Shown here: positions 29,752 through 41,144 of the stretch, in pieces
Position numbering within the stretch: position 1 is the stretch's first letter
How the letters are laid out: each line of letters begins with the position of its first letter
From: Armatimonadota bacterium
GTDB taxonomy: Bacteria > Armatimonadota > UBA5829
DNA length: 64,000 bases
Reading direction: 5' to 3'
Assembly (NCBI GenBank): GCA_026392045.1
Contig: JAPLCU010000018.1
Coordinates: forward strand, 5,417-69,416
The notes under the pieces: generated by a model
Told to the model about the DNA's origin: nothing
What the model saw: only the letters and a program-made list of their open reading frames with translations
Databases searched by the model: none
Program-made: the position numbers and the translations under genes

Positions 29752-30603
29752 ATGGCTAATGCAAAAGACATAAGACGGCGTATACGCACCGTCAAAAATA
29801 TAGAGAAGCTCACCAACGCCATGAAGATGGTTGCGGCGGCTCGGCTGAGAAAGGCGCAGGAGCGCGCATTAGTTGCACGCCCCTATGCCGAGAAAATGGC
29901 CGAGGTTATGGCTAACCTTGCGGGAAGCGTGGGTGAGATTGATCATCCGCTGCTTGAGGTGCGCGAGGAGAAGAATATCGCGTATGTGGTGATTGGCGCC
30001 GAGAGAGGCCTCGCGGGGAGCTTCAATTCAAACGTGATGAACAAAGCCCTGCGCGAGATCGGAACTCGTGACCCTGCTACAGTGAAGCTGGTTCTGGTTG
30101 GCAAGAAGGCTGTTGGGTTCTTCCGCAAGAAGCCGTATGAGATCGCCGCTGATATGGAAGTGGGCTCAAAAATGAACTTTGTGGACATCAAAAAGGTCAC
30201 CACAAAGGTTCGCATGATGTTCGAAAACGGCGATGTGGATGCCGTCTACCTGATCTATGCTAAGTTCATATCAGCTATGCGCCAGGTGCCGACCGCCGCA
30301 AGGCTGCTGCCGATGGCAAAACCCGAAACGCAAGAGTTTGTGAAGTCTGAATTTGTGTTTGAACCTGATGCCGCCGCGCTGCTGGGCACGCTGCTGCCCA
30401 AGTATGTGGATACCGGTGTATATCAGGCCCTGGTAGAATCGCAAGCGAGCGAGCAGGGTGCGCGGATGTCGGCGATGTCCGCTGCTACAAAGAATGCGGG
30501 TGAAATGATTAGTAATCTCACCCTGGTATATAACAAAGCGCGTCAAGCCGCGATTACAAAAGAAATCACAGAGATCGTGGGCGGCGCAGAAGCGCAGAAA
30601 TAG
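29752..30603 (+). CDS. atpG: ATP synthase F1 subunit gamma
   Basis: AMKMVAAARL, ERGLAGSFN, ASEQGARM, RQAAITKEITEI. Confidence 0.97.
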   Translation: MANAKDIRRRIRTVKNIEKLTNAMKMVAAARLRKAQERALVARPYAEKMAEVMANLAGSVGEIDHPLLEVREEKNIAYVVIGAERGLAGSFNSNVMNKALREIGTRDPATVKLVLVGKKAVGFFRKKPYEIAADMEVGSKMNFVDIKKVTTKVRMMFENGDVDAVYLIYAKFISAMRQVPTAARLLPMAKPETQEFVKSEFVFEPDAAALLGTLLPKYVDTGVYQALVESQASEQGARMSAMSAATKNAGEMISNLTLVYNKARQAAITKEITEIVGGAEAQK

Positions 30604-30608
30604 CAGAT

Positions 30609-32105
<1,497 letters not shown>

Positions 32106-32272
32106 TTTGGTAGGATAGTCTGATGGCCCGATGGTCGGATAGTCCGGAAGGGAATTTGTTCTTTTCCAGAAGTTTGGCTGCGGGAACTCTTGATTGTGGA
32201 GTGTTGATCACTAAGTTTCAGGAGCCATTCATTCAGCATAGAACCAATGAAAACGAAGGAGTGAGAGTGACG

Positions 32273-32628
32273 ATGACATTTTTCTTAGCGACACTTGCGT
32301 TCATGTTCCTTGGAAGAAAGCTCGGTTGGGCACTCTCCCGCAACATTTTGTATACCGCGCCAATTATACTCACTGTGGCGCTCGCTCTTTCATGGGGAAT
32401 AGGCGTTGGTTTGGTGATTCATCGCCTTATCATTTGTCAAGAGCCGAATCTGATATTAAGGCTCATCATGGGCTATGCACTCGGCGCTTATGTGGCGCAA
32501 CCAATTATGGTTTGCTTGATGAATCGAGCGTTCCCGATCGTGCTTTGCCGCGCCATGTAGCAATCGGAGTTCTTCCATTATTGGCATACATTACGACGCT
32601 ACTGGTAATCAGCTTCATGCTCAAATGA
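32273..32628 (+). pseudogene. Frameshifted small membrane protein between atpD and atpC
   Basis: Hydrophobic ORF from 32273 continues in another frame (NYGLLDE...LLVISFMLK) after ~32500. Confidence 0.55.
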
Positions 32629-32765
32629 CAGGTTTTTAGTGTCAAAGAATCACACGGCTGACGTTATGCAGTTTCGCAGCCTGGCATTCGATGTAAAAAA
32701 TATGGAAGTAATATCGCCAGTAAGTGGTATAGTGAAAAGTAAGAAATGCTCACTGGAGGCTTATT

Positions 32766-32963
32766 ATGGCTGCTGATAAGATGATTCGCGTTTCTACAAG
32801 AGGTCGAATTACATTGCCAAAATGGCTGAGGGAAAAGGCGGGGATTAACGCTGGTGATTACCTGCTCGTGAGCAAACTGAGTGACAACACCTTGTTCATC
32901 TCGAAACCATCATCTCAGAATGAAAACGTAGATGGCGTTACTCATACCGAATCTGAAAACTGA
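32766..32963 (+). CDS. AbrB/MazE/SpoVT family DNA-binding protein
   Basis: RVSTRGRITLPKWLREKAGINAGD; GGAGG RBS. Confidence 0.85.
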   Translation: MAADKMIRVSTRGRITLPKWLREKAGINAGDYLLVSKLSDNTLFISKPSSQNENVDGVTHTESEN

Positions 32964-32992
32964 CAGCTGAATGCTGAGAGCTGACAACTATT

Positions 32993-33406
32993 ATGGCAAA
33001 AACATTTACATTAGAAGTTATAACCCCGGACCGTAAGGTCCTTTCAGACAGCGAGATCACTTCGGTGGTGCTGCCGGGTGTTGAGGGATACCTGGGGGCG
33101 CTGGCGCACCATGAGCCGCTGATGACCTCGCTCGCCATCGGTGAGCTGGATTACCACCGCACGGACGGCCAAGTCAATGCTATGGCGGTCACTGGCGGGT
33201 TTGTGGAAATCTTCGATAACAAGATAACCGTCCTTGCGGATACCGCCGAACTGCGAGAAGAAATTGATCTCCCCCGTGCAGAGGATTCCGTGCGCAGGGC
33301 CGAAGAAAGGCTCGCCTCTCGACCGGACGACTTTGATCTGGAGCGAGCCCAAATCTCCTTAAAAAGAGCGCTGAACCGTCTAAGCGTGGCCAGAAAGCAG
33401 TTCTAG
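32993..33406 (+). CDS. atpC: ATP synthase F1 subunit epsilon
   Basis: LEVITPD, GYLGALAHHEPL, GGFVEI, RALNRL. Confidence 0.95.
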   Translation: MAKTFTLEVITPDRKVLSDSEITSVVLPGVEGYLGALAHHEPLMTSLAIGELDYHRTDGQVNAMAVTGGFVEIFDNKITVLADTAELREEIDLPRAEDSVRRAEERLASRPDDFDLERAQISLKRALNRLSVARKQF

Positions 33407-33429
33407 GAATAACTCAATAAGGAGCTGCC

Positions 33430-34869
33430 ATGAAGCGTTTTGTTAGATTGGTTCTCACCCTGATTCTGCTCACCGTCGCCGCGTGCGCCCACGCCTACAA
33501 AATCCCCTATGAAGCCTGGATGGGCTCGTATATCGGCGAAAAGAAGGTGGGGTATCTCTCTTTTAAGATTGAGAAATCAGATGGCAAAGATTCATCGGTA
33601 TATAAGATTTCGAGCGTAATGAACAACCATCTGACCGTTCTTGGCGCGGAACTTACCCAGCTTGTCGCCACTGTTGTCTACACCGACGCCCAATACGCTC
33701 CTTTGTCTGAGAGCTTTTCCATGTCCAGCGGAGGAAAGACTACTCGCATAGATTCCAAGTTCACCAATAACTCCATCAATTGCATAATCTCCGCCGGAAG
33801 CGGGTCCTCGAAGCAGTCCATACCTATCCCAAAGGGCGTTTCGCTGGTGGGGGATTCGCTTTTTGCGCTGCCTGGCGGCAAAATGAAGATAGGCAAGGAA
33901 TATTCGCTCAGCTATTTCAACCCGCTCACTATCTCCATCGACAGCCTCAAGATTAAGGCGGAGGGCAGGGAAAAGATCACTATTGGCAAAAAGCAATATG
34001 ACGCCCTTGTTGTAATGAACACTAGCGCATTGGGTGATATGAAAACCTGGCAGAGTGATGAAGGCGATATATTAAAAATCCAGGCGATGATGGGGATCAT
34101 TATGATTATGGAAGACAGGCGCACAGCCATGTCCGGGATAACCATTGGCGGAGGCGATGATTTCGCCGTGCGCAACAGCCTGAAACCCGACAAAGAAATC
34201 CTGAATCCGAGGTCGGTTAAGGAGCTGGACATCATCCTAAAAGGATTTAGCGATCCCAAAATGATGATCAACGATAAGCAGCAGACTTTTGAAGCCATTG
34301 ATGGTCAAAAGGACAGTGTGCGGGTCAAAACCAAGGCTTCGACCTTCGATGAGTCCAAATCCGTGAGCTTCCCTTTCAATCCGGTTGACTTTGCTCTCGA
34401 ATTATTAGCCACCCCTTATGTGGACAGCGATGTTGCCGCGATCAAGACTGCGGCAACGAAAATTATAGGCGACGAAAAGAATGTTTATCGCGCCTGCTGC
34501 AAGATTCGCGAGTGGATTTATGCTAACATGAAGCCTAAGGCCGATATAGGTATTACGCGCTCGGCCTCAGATGTGTTACAATCTAAGGTAGGTGTGTGCA
34601 GGGATTACGCGATTTTGTTCGCCGCGCTCACCCGAGCTGCCGGAATACCCTCGCGAATTGCATCCGGGGTATTGTATACCAATGGCAGTTTCTATTATCA
34701 TGCGTGGGTTGAGTGCTATGTGGGCGAGTGGGTTCCGTTTGATGCCACCCTTTCGCAAAATCAGGTAGATGCCACTCACATCAAGATGGCCCAGGGGGAT
34801 GCAACAACCATGTTCGCGCTTTCCAAGGTCATCGGGAGCCTGAAAGCAGAGATTAAAGATTATAAATAA
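33430..34869 (+). CDS. Secreted transglutaminase-like protein
   Basis: Signal peptide; catalytic triad GVCRDYA, YHAWVE, FDAT. Confidence 0.88.
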   Translation: MKRFVRLVLTLILLTVAACAHAYKIPYEAWMGSYIGEKKVGYLSFKIEKSDGKDSSVYKISSVMNNHLTVLGAELTQLVATVVYTDAQYAPLSESFSMSSGGKTTRIDSKFTNNSINCIISAGSGSSKQSIPIPKGVSLVGDSLFALPGGKMKIGKEYSLSYFNPLTISIDSLKIKAEGREKITIGKKQYDALVVMNTSALGDMKTWQSDEGDILKIQAMMGIIMIMEDRRTAMSGITIGGGDDFAVRNSLKPDKEILNPRSVKELDIILKGFSDPKMMINDKQQTFEAIDGQKDSVRVKTKASTFDESKSVSFPFNPVDFALELLATPYVDSDVAAIKTAATKIIGDEKNVYRACCKIREWIYANMKPKADIGITRSASDVLQSKVGVCRDYAILFAALTRAAGIPSRIASGVLYTNGSFYYHAWVECYVGEWVPFDATLSQNQVDATHIKMAQGDATTMFALSKVIGSLKAEIKDYK

Positions 34870-34871
34870 CT

Positions 34872-34941
34872 GGTTGGCAGTTTGCAGTTGACGGTTAGCG
34901 GTTGATAAACACCGCAAACCGCTAACCGTTAACCGTCAACT
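34872..34941. repeat. Inverted pair of heptamer tracts, same family as 30609-30686
   Basis: GGTTGGC AGTTTGC AGTTGAC GGTTAGC GGTT facing AACCGCT AACCGTT AACCGTC AACT. Confidence 0.85.
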
Positions 34942-34958
34942 CACTTGGAGAGTGAAAT

Positions 34959-35336
34959 TTGCTGGCAAAAGATTTCTTAACAATTGGCATATTTGCTTTA
35001 TTCGGAATTGCGTTTATCGTGATAACGCTGATCGCCTCGTGGGCGGTGCGGCCGCACAGGCCGTCAGATGCAAAGCTGTCCACCTACGAATGCGGCGAGA
35101 TTCCAATCGGCCCGGCGTGGACTCAGTTCAGGGTGGGCTATTACATATACGCGATTATATTCCTGATCTTCGATGTTGAAGCGATTTTCCTGTATCCGTG
35201 GGCAGCGCAGTTATTGGGTTTCAAAAACAACCACGCGATGATGGTTATGGGATTTGTTGATATGGTAATATTTGTTGCCGTGCTCTCAGTCGGTTTGGCG
35301 TGGGCGTGGAAGAAGGGTGTTTTGGAATGGAAGTAG
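34959..35336 (+). CDS. nuoA: NADH-quinone oxidoreductase subunit A
   Basis: [29 protein letters not shown]. Confidence 0.95.
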   Translation: MLAKDFLTIGIFALFGIAFIVITLIASWAVRPHRPSDAKLSTYECGEIPIGPAWTQFRVGYYIYAIIFLIFDVEAIFLYPWAAQLLGFKNNHAMMVMGFVDMVIFVAVLSVGLAWAWKKGVLEWK

Positions 35337-35836
35337 AACGCCAAATAGATCATCTTGAGCGAATCCCCGGCGGGGCAATTATAACTACAACGGTCGATAA
35401 GGTTCTTGAATGGGGCCGTGAATCGTCGTTGTGGTATTTCGCTTTCGGGCTTGCGTGCTGCGCTATCGAAGTGCTTATGGCTGCGGGCGCCGCGAGATTT
35501 GATCTGGACAGATTCGGGATGATGTTCCGCGCGACCCCCAGGCAATCCGACCTGATGATAGTTGCTGGCACGGTCACAAAGAAAATGGCTCCAAGGGTGA
35601 AGCTCCTTTACGAGCAAATGGCTGAGCCGCGCTACGTGATAGCAACCGGCAGCTGTGCCTGCGCGGGTGGGCCGTTCGCCGATTCTTATGCCGTGCTGAA
35701 GGGGGTCGACAAGATCATCCCGGTAGACGTCTACGTCCCAGGCTGCCCGCCCCGCCCCGAAGCTCTGATGTTTGCTGTGCAGCAGCTAAAGGAGAAGATG
35801 CGCGAAGAAGTCAAAGAGAAGCACGCGAAGAAATAG
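35327..35836 (+). CDS. nuoB: NADH-quinone oxidoreductase subunit B
   Basis: [29 protein letters not shown]. Confidence 0.96.
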   Translation: MEVERQIDHLERIPGGAIITTTVDKVLEWGRESSLWYFAFGLACCAIEVLMAAGAARFDLDRFGMMFRATPRQSDLMIVAGTVTKKMAPRVKLLYEQMAEPRYVIATGSCACAGGPFADSYAVLKGVDKIIPVDVYVPGCPPRPEALMFAVQQLKEKMREEVKEKHAKK

Positions 35837-35877
35837 TTTTGAGTTATGAATTATGAGTTCTGAATTGGGGATCAACC

Positions 35878-36039
35878 GTGAAGCTTAAAGTTGTGATACA
35901 CGAAGAAAAGACCGGCGGGTTCTGGGCTGAAGTTCCGGCTATTCCGGGCTGCGCGACTCAGGGTGATACTTTTGAGGAACTTCTTCAGAATGTTTACGAG
36001 GCGGTCGAAGGTTGTTTGGCGGTAGACGTTGCGGCTTAA
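35878..36039 (+). CDS. HicB-like (UPF0150) antitoxin, 53 aa; not in the ORF track
   Basis: Own translation from GTG: [53 protein letters not shown]. Confidence 0.85.
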   Translation: MKLKVVIHEEKTGGFWAEVPAIPGCATQGDTFEELLQNVYEAVEGCLAVDVAA

Positions 36040-36058
36040 ATAGTGGAGTATAGAACTA

Positions 36059-36370
36059 ATGAGCGCCCGAATCCAGTTTGATAATGAGAAAATAGCGGAG
36101 TTTTGCAAGAGACAGGCAATAGTGGAGTTTTCTCTGTTTGGCTCTGTGTTACGAGACGATTTCGGGCCGCAGAGCGACGTGGATGTGCTCGTGAAATTCG
36201 AGCCCAGCGCTAAGCTTAGCCTTTTTGATATGGTGCGAATGGAAAACGAACTTAGTGAGCTATTGGGCCGCAAGATTGATCTTGTTGAGCGAAAGGCTGT
36301 TGAGCAAAGCGAAAATTATATTCGGCGAAAGCATATTCTGAGTAATCTGGAGCAAGTTTATGTGGCGTGA
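36059..36370 (+). CDS. MNT nucleotidyltransferase antitoxin (MntA-like)
   Basis: LFGSVLRDDF...SDVDVLV, LLGRKIDLV. Confidence 0.9.
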   Translation: MSARIQFDNEKIAEFCKRQAIVEFSLFGSVLRDDFGPQSDVDVLVKFEPSAKLSLFDMVRMENELSELLGRKIDLVERKAVEQSENYIRRKHILSNLEQVYVA

Positions 36371-36701
36371 TGATGCATATCTGCTAGATATTATCATCTC
36401 ATCGCGAAAGGTGTTGAAATATTCTGACGGCCTATCGCAAGCAGAGTTTGACAGTGACGAAATTGTCCAGAATGCTATAATGCGAATGCTAGAGATTATT
36501 GGCGAAGCGGCGCGTCGAGTTTCACAGGAGACACGCGATGCCCACGCTGATATTCCCTGGGCTGGCATGATCGGTATGCGGAACCGTCTAATTCATGAGT
36601 ATTTTCGAATTGATGCTCAAAAGGTTTGGGAAACAATCCAAGAGGATATTCCGGCTCTTGTAGCATTGATAGAACCTTTGTTACCACCTGATGCAAAATA
36701 G
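36360..36701 (+). CDS. HEPN/DUF86 RNase toxin (HepT-like)
   Basis: LEIIGEAA, IPW..MIGMRNRLIHEY (RxxxxH); overlaps the MNT gene. Confidence 0.92.
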   Translation: MWRDDAYLLDIIISSRKVLKYSDGLSQAEFDSDEIVQNAIMRMLEIIGEAARRVSQETRDAHADIPWAGMIGMRNRLIHEYFRIDAQKVWETIQEDIPALVALIEPLLPPDAK

Positions 36702-36746
36702 AGGTAATGCCCATGAATGTCCGAATCTGAGAGAGGAATCACATAG

Positions 36747-36992
36747 ATGTTAGCAAACGTAATCTGCGTAGCTTTTCTATCCCTTGCGTCACTCCTGATA
36801 TTTCTGAAGAAGGAAGATCGCACTGGCAGGTCTAGTTTCTTTGTGTTTACAGTCGGATTCGCTCTGATGGCGATAGGATTTGCCACAAAGGGAATGTCAA
36901 TTACACCCGGTTTGACACTTATCGTAATCGGTTTCGGCTGGATACTTTTGGATGCTTATGGCTGCCTTGAATGGACAAAGCGGCGCAGATGA
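36747..36992 (+). CDS. Small 3-TM membrane protein
   Basis: GAGG RBS; hydrophobic 81-aa ORF. Confidence 0.55.
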   Translation: MLANVICVAFLSLASLLIFLKKEDRTGRSSFFVFTVGFALMAIGFATKGMSITPGLTLIVIGFGWILLDAYGCLEWTKRRR

Positions 36993-37035
36993 TAATGACT
37001 GTTGACTGTCGACCGTCGACTGAGGACTTAAAACA

Positions 37036-37473
37036 ATGTCTGAACTAATAGAAAAAGCAATAAGAGACGCATTCCCGGAGGCGGTTATAGATAGCCGCGA
37101 CAATTTCGGGGTGCTCAATATCAAGATCGACGCTGGGGCGCTGTTGGGTGTTTGCGAGATGTTGAAGTCGGCTCACGGCTTCGATTATCTTGCGGATGTG
37201 ACGGCTATCGACTGGAAAGATAGGATTGAAGTCGTTTACCAGCTTACCGCTCTCGTTTCGAATACGAAAATTGCGCTGCGAGTAGATTTAGACGCCAATA
37301 AGCCCGAGGTGGACTCTGTGGTATCCGTCTGGAAGGGCGCAAATTATCAAGAAAGAGAAGTATTCGACCTGATGGGGGTCGTTTTTAAGGGTCACCCCGA
37401 CCTGCGGCGCATTCTGCTGCCGGAGGATTGGGAAGGTCACCCATTGAGGAAAGATTATGTCATCCCGGATTAG
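37036..37473 (+). CDS. nuoC: NADH-quinone oxidoreductase subunit C
   Basis: GANYQEREVFDLMG, GHPDLRRILLP, GHPLRKDY. Confidence 0.95.
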   Translation: MSELIEKAIRDAFPEAVIDSRDNFGVLNIKIDAGALLGVCEMLKSAHGFDYLADVTAIDWKDRIEVVYQLTALVSNTKIALRVDLDANKPEVDSVVSVWKGANYQEREVFDLMGVVFKGHPDLRRILLPEDWEGHPLRKDYVIPD

Positions 37474-38563
37474 AACCGATGTTTTAGAACTGAATATGGG
37501 CCCGCAGCACCCCAGCACACACGGCGTGCTTCGTCTTGCTCTAAAAATTGATGGCGAGGTGGTTGTAGATTGCGACCCGGATATGGGTTATCTGCACCGC
37601 GGCATCGAGAAATTGGCTGAGATGAGGACTTATCTGCAGTTTATGCCCATCACGGACAGGCTGGATTACATCGCATCTATGCTCCAAAACCAGGCGTATG
37701 TCGGCGCTATCGAAAAGCTCGGCAACATTGAAGTGCCTGAGCGCGCTGAGTATATCCGCGTGATAATGGCGGAGTTACAGCGAATTGCGAGCCATCTCAT
37801 CTTCTTTGGGGCATTTGGCTTGGACCTCGGCGCGACCACCCCGTTCCTTTATTGTATCCGCGAACGCGAAGACATCCTTGATATATTCGAAATGGTCTGC
37901 GGCGCAAGGCTTACTTATAACTATTTCAGGCCGGGAGGAGTATCGCGAGACTTGCCCGCCGGTTTTCACGCAAAAGTGAAAGCTTACATCAAAAAGCAGC
38001 GCGAAAAGCTGCCTGAATACGATGATTTGCTCACCGGCAACCAAATATTTATCGCGCGAACCCGCAATGTCGGGTATATATCACCCGAAGACGCGGTAAA
38101 CTATTCGCTCAGCGGCCCGAACTTGCGTGGTTCGGGAACAGCTTATGATGTGCGCAAGGTCGATCCATATTCTGTTTATGACAAGCTGGATTGGAAAGTG
38201 ATCACGCGAACCGAGGGCGATGTGCAGGCGCGGTTCCTGTGCAGGTGCGCAGAAATTCGCCAGAGCCTTAACATGGTTGAGCAGGCGCTGGATATGATGC
38301 CTGAGGGTGAGCTCAAATGCAAGCTGCCGGCAAGGCTCAAGTTGCCCGAGGGCGAGGTTTATCATCATATAGAGTCTGCCAGGGGCGATCTTGGGGTATA
38401 TCTTGTAAGTGACGGCGCCGACAAACCGTATCGCCTGAAATGGCGCGCGCCGTCATTTATCAACCTGGGTGCGCTCAATGCGATGTGCGCCAACTGGAAA
38501 ATAGCAGACATAGTCGCGATTTTGGGAAGTCTGGACATAGTGCTGGGTGAGATAGACCGATAA
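37457..38563 (+). CDS. nuoD: NADH-quinone oxidoreductase subunit D
   Basis: NMGPQHPSTHGVLRL, GYLHRGIEK, RLDY, SLDIVLGEIDR. Confidence 0.96.
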   Translation: MSSRIRTDVLELNMGPQHPSTHGVLRLALKIDGEVVVDCDPDMGYLHRGIEKLAEMRTYLQFMPITDRLDYIASMLQNQAYVGAIEKLGNIEVPERAEYIRVIMAELQRIASHLIFFGAFGLDLGATTPFLYCIREREDILDIFEMVCGARLTYNYFRPGGVSRDLPAGFHAKVKAYIKKQREKLPEYDDLLTGNQIFIARTRNVGYISPEDAVNYSLSGPNLRGSGTAYDVRKVDPYSVYDKLDWKVITRTEGDVQARFLCRCAEIRQSLNMVEQALDMMPEGELKCKLPARLKLPEGEVYHHIESARGDLGVYLVSDGADKPYRLKWRAPSFINLGALNAMCANWKIADIVAILGSLDIVLGEIDR

Positions 38564-38687
38564 TCAGCCTTGCTTCGGGATAAAAAGCATCCCGAAGCAT
38601 CAAATAAAGGAATTTATTGTCTTGTTGCGGAACGCATAATTTATAAATCATTTTTCTTAATTCATAATAGAAAGGGGGTGATACTAG

Positions 38688-39866
38688 ATGGCTTTTAGTA
38701 GCAAAAAGGTAAGGCCGCTATTCACCCTGGTATTCGCGATTCTGGGCGGCGTGGCAGGAAACGCGTATGTTTCGTCTCTGCTTAATTTAATAAAAGCTAA
38801 AGATCATAACCTATTTGGAATAATCCCCATTAATCAAACACCTCTGAACTCAAATGAGCAGGCGACCCTCTACGTCGGCTTCATTATTCTGGGTGCGCTG
38901 TTCGGCTTTATGGCCGAGCGCATTGCGTATGTTCAGGCAGCAAAGACACGTTTGAAATTAGAGAGCATGGCCGCGCAAGATAAGATCGCAGTGGTTGTGG
39001 GGCTTTTGGTAGGTCTGTTGCTTACCGCTCTGATAGTGAGTATTCTCAAGATTCCGCTGTATATGTGGTGGGTGAATATAATACTGGCTGTTTTGCTCTG
39101 CTACATTTCTGTGGCAGCGGCAGATAGCCTTAAAGAACAGGTGCGCTTTTACTTCCCTGGTTCAATGCCTTCAATGAAAGGGGACTACAAATCGGCTAGC
39201 CGTCCCAAGATCCTCGACACCAACGTTATCATAGATGGCCGCATAGCGGACATTGCTAAGGCCGGTTTTGTTGAGGGACCAATTTATGTGCCGAAGTTCA
39301 TATTGGAAGAGCTTCAGCAGATAGCCGATTCCAGCGATTCGCTCAAGCGCGCGCGGGGCAGGCGAGGCCTGGATATTCTCAACCAGATGCAGAAAGAAAT
39401 GGAACTTATTATTCCGGAGTTCGAGGCGGACTCTTCCGACGAAGAAGTGGATGCGCGGCTCGTTAGGGTTGCGCGAGAGGTCATCGGCATAATCGTTACA
39501 AACGACTACAACCTGAACCGCGTGGCGGAGCTGCAGGGAGTGGAAGTGATGAATATAAACGAACTCGCAAACGCCCTGAAGCCGGTTGTGCTGCCGGGCG
39601 AAGAGATGCGGGTTATAATCATTCGCGAAGGCAAAGAAAAAGAACAGGGCATCGGTTACCTGGACGATGGCACGATGATCGTTGTAGAGGGCGCCAGACG
39701 GCTCATTGGCGAGTCGCTATTGGTCTGCGTAACCAGTGTTTTGCAGACCGTGCAGGGCAAAATGATCTTCGGAAAGATCAAAGACGATGCAGAACAGGAA
39801 AACGAGAGCTTTGAGGATAGCATCCGCTCTTATTCCGGCGGCAGGCCAAGGAAAAAGATTCGGTAA
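38688..39866 (+). CDS. PIN/TRAM domain membrane protein (YacL-like)
   Basis: ILDTNVIIDGRI, RGRRGLD, TNDYNL, GYLDDGTMIVVE; typical position before ispD. Confidence 0.92.
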   Translation: MAFSSKKVRPLFTLVFAILGGVAGNAYVSSLLNLIKAKDHNLFGIIPINQTPLNSNEQATLYVGFIILGALFGFMAERIAYVQAAKTRLKLESMAAQDKIAVVVGLLVGLLLTALIVSILKIPLYMWWVNIILAVLLCYISVAAADSLKEQVRFYFPGSMPSMKGDYKSASRPKILDTNVIIDGRIADIAKAGFVEGPIYVPKFILEELQQIADSSDSLKRARGRRGLDILNQMQKEMELIIPEFEADSSDEEVDARLVRVAREVIGIIVTNDYNLNRVAELQGVEVMNINELANALKPVVLPGEEMRVIIIREGKEKEQGIGYLDDGTMIVVEGARRLIGESLLVCVTSVLQTVQGKMIFGKIKDDAEQENESFEDSIRSYSGGRPRKKIR

Positions 39867-41022
39867 GGGCTCAAACAAAGTCTTCTCCACTATTGCGGGG
39901 AAGCCGATTCTTGCCCATACCATATCCGTATTCGAGGCTTGCGAAGCCGTCAACGAAATAGTGCTGGTAATAGGCCGGCAAGAACTCGAAGCGGCTGGCG
40001 ATTTGGTTGGCCGCTTCGGTTTTCAAAAGGTGCGCCATATAGTGCCGGGTGGAAACCACCGCCAGGATTCCGTGAGCCGGGGCCTTGAGATGGTCACCGG
40101 AGATGTGGTGGCAATACACGATGCCGTCAGACCGATGGTGACCTGCGAAATCATCGAGCGCTCAATCGATGAAGCAAGAAATACGGGAGCATGTATAGCT
40201 GCGGTGCCGGTCGTCGACACCATCAAATCCGCCGCACCTGATCTACTTGATCGTCGGGGAAATCTCGATCGTCGGGGAAATCTGTTCCCCGACGCACCTG
40301 ATTTGATCGTGGAAAGCACTGTCGATAGATCGAACCTCTACGCCGTGCAGACCCCGCAGACATTTCAGACCGACCTCATTCGCCGTGCATTCCAATTGGC
40401 GTTTGCTGATAACTTTTATGCTACTGATGATGCGGCGCTTGTAGAAAGAATGGGGCATAAAGTCAGTATTGTGCCAGGATCTTATGACAACATCAAAATT
40501 ACAACCCAAGCCGACCTGGAGCTTGCCATTATGAAGCTCGGCGGCGGTGAGACCAGAACCGGAATGGGCTTCGACGTGCATACGCTCGTGGAAGGCCGAA
40601 GACTCATCTTGGGTGGGGTCGAAATACCTTACGAGCTGGGCTTGTTGGGGCATTCGGACGCGGATGTGATGCTCCACGCGATAGCGGACGCATGTTTGGG
40701 AGCGGCGGCGATGGGCGACATCGGCAGGCGCTTCCCCGACACCGACCCCAAATATAAAGGCATATCCAGCCTCACATTACTCAAACATGTGGCCGATATT
40801 CTAGCAACGGACGGCTGGCGGATAGTGAATGTGGACGCCACCCTCGCGGCTGAAAGACCCAAGATCGCTAAATACGTTCCAGACATGATCAGCGGCATCG
40901 CCGCGTGTCTGGGTGTTGACGTGAGCCGAGTCAGCATTAAAGCCACTACGACTGAGAAGCTCGGCTACATAGGTCGAAGCGAAGGAATGGCATGCTGGGC
41001 CGTTGTAACCGTTTCGCGTTGA
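39811..41022 (+). CDS. ispDF: Bifunctional IspD/IspF
   Basis: PAAGQGKRF, IHDAVRP, QTPQ, TDDA, NIKIT, then GFDVH, GHSDADV, KATTTEKLG. Confidence 0.95.
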   Translation: MRIASALIPAAGQGKRFGKGSNKVFSTIAGKPILAHTISVFEACEAVNEIVLVIGRQELEAAGDLVGRFGFQKVRHIVPGGNHRQDSVSRGLEMVTGDVVAIHDAVRPMVTCEIIERSIDEARNTGACIAAVPVVDTIKSAAPDLLDRRGNLDRRGNLFPDAPDLIVESTVDRSNLYAVQTPQTFQTDLIRRAFQLAFADNFYATDDAALVERMGHKVSIVPGSYDNIKITTQADLELAIMKLGGGETRTGMGFDVHTLVEGRRLILGGVEIPYELGLLGHSDADVMLHAIADACLGAAAMGDIGRRFPDTDPKYKGISSLTLLKHVADILATDGWRIVNVDATLAAERPKIAKYVPDMISGIAACLGVDVSRVSIKATTTEKLGYIGRSEGMACWAVVTVSR

Positions 41023-41023
41023 C

Positions 41024-41135
41024 AGCTCACTCTTGATGAATACAATGTGAGCATGCTGAGCTCCGTCGAAGTATGCGGCTGCGAAGAAACATGTAACTAA
41101 ACTTGACCGCGCCCTTCGACGGAGCTCAGGATGCT
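41024..41135. repeat. 112-bp REP doublet (CTGAGCTCCGTCGAAG family); inverted copy at 48302-48413
   Basis: Near-identical arms and an equal-length, diverged spacer in the two copies; a single arm also lies inside lipA (20619-20643). Confidence 0.9.
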
Positions 41136-41144
41136 GGTTTGTAC

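Noticed and set aside
35838-37028. Integron cassette array
   Set aside because: No integron integrase in the window, and I could not identify attC sites between the cargo genes
35300-38563. Group 4 NiFe hydrogenase
   Set aside because: The large subunit lacks both CxxC nickel motifs and has NuoD signatures
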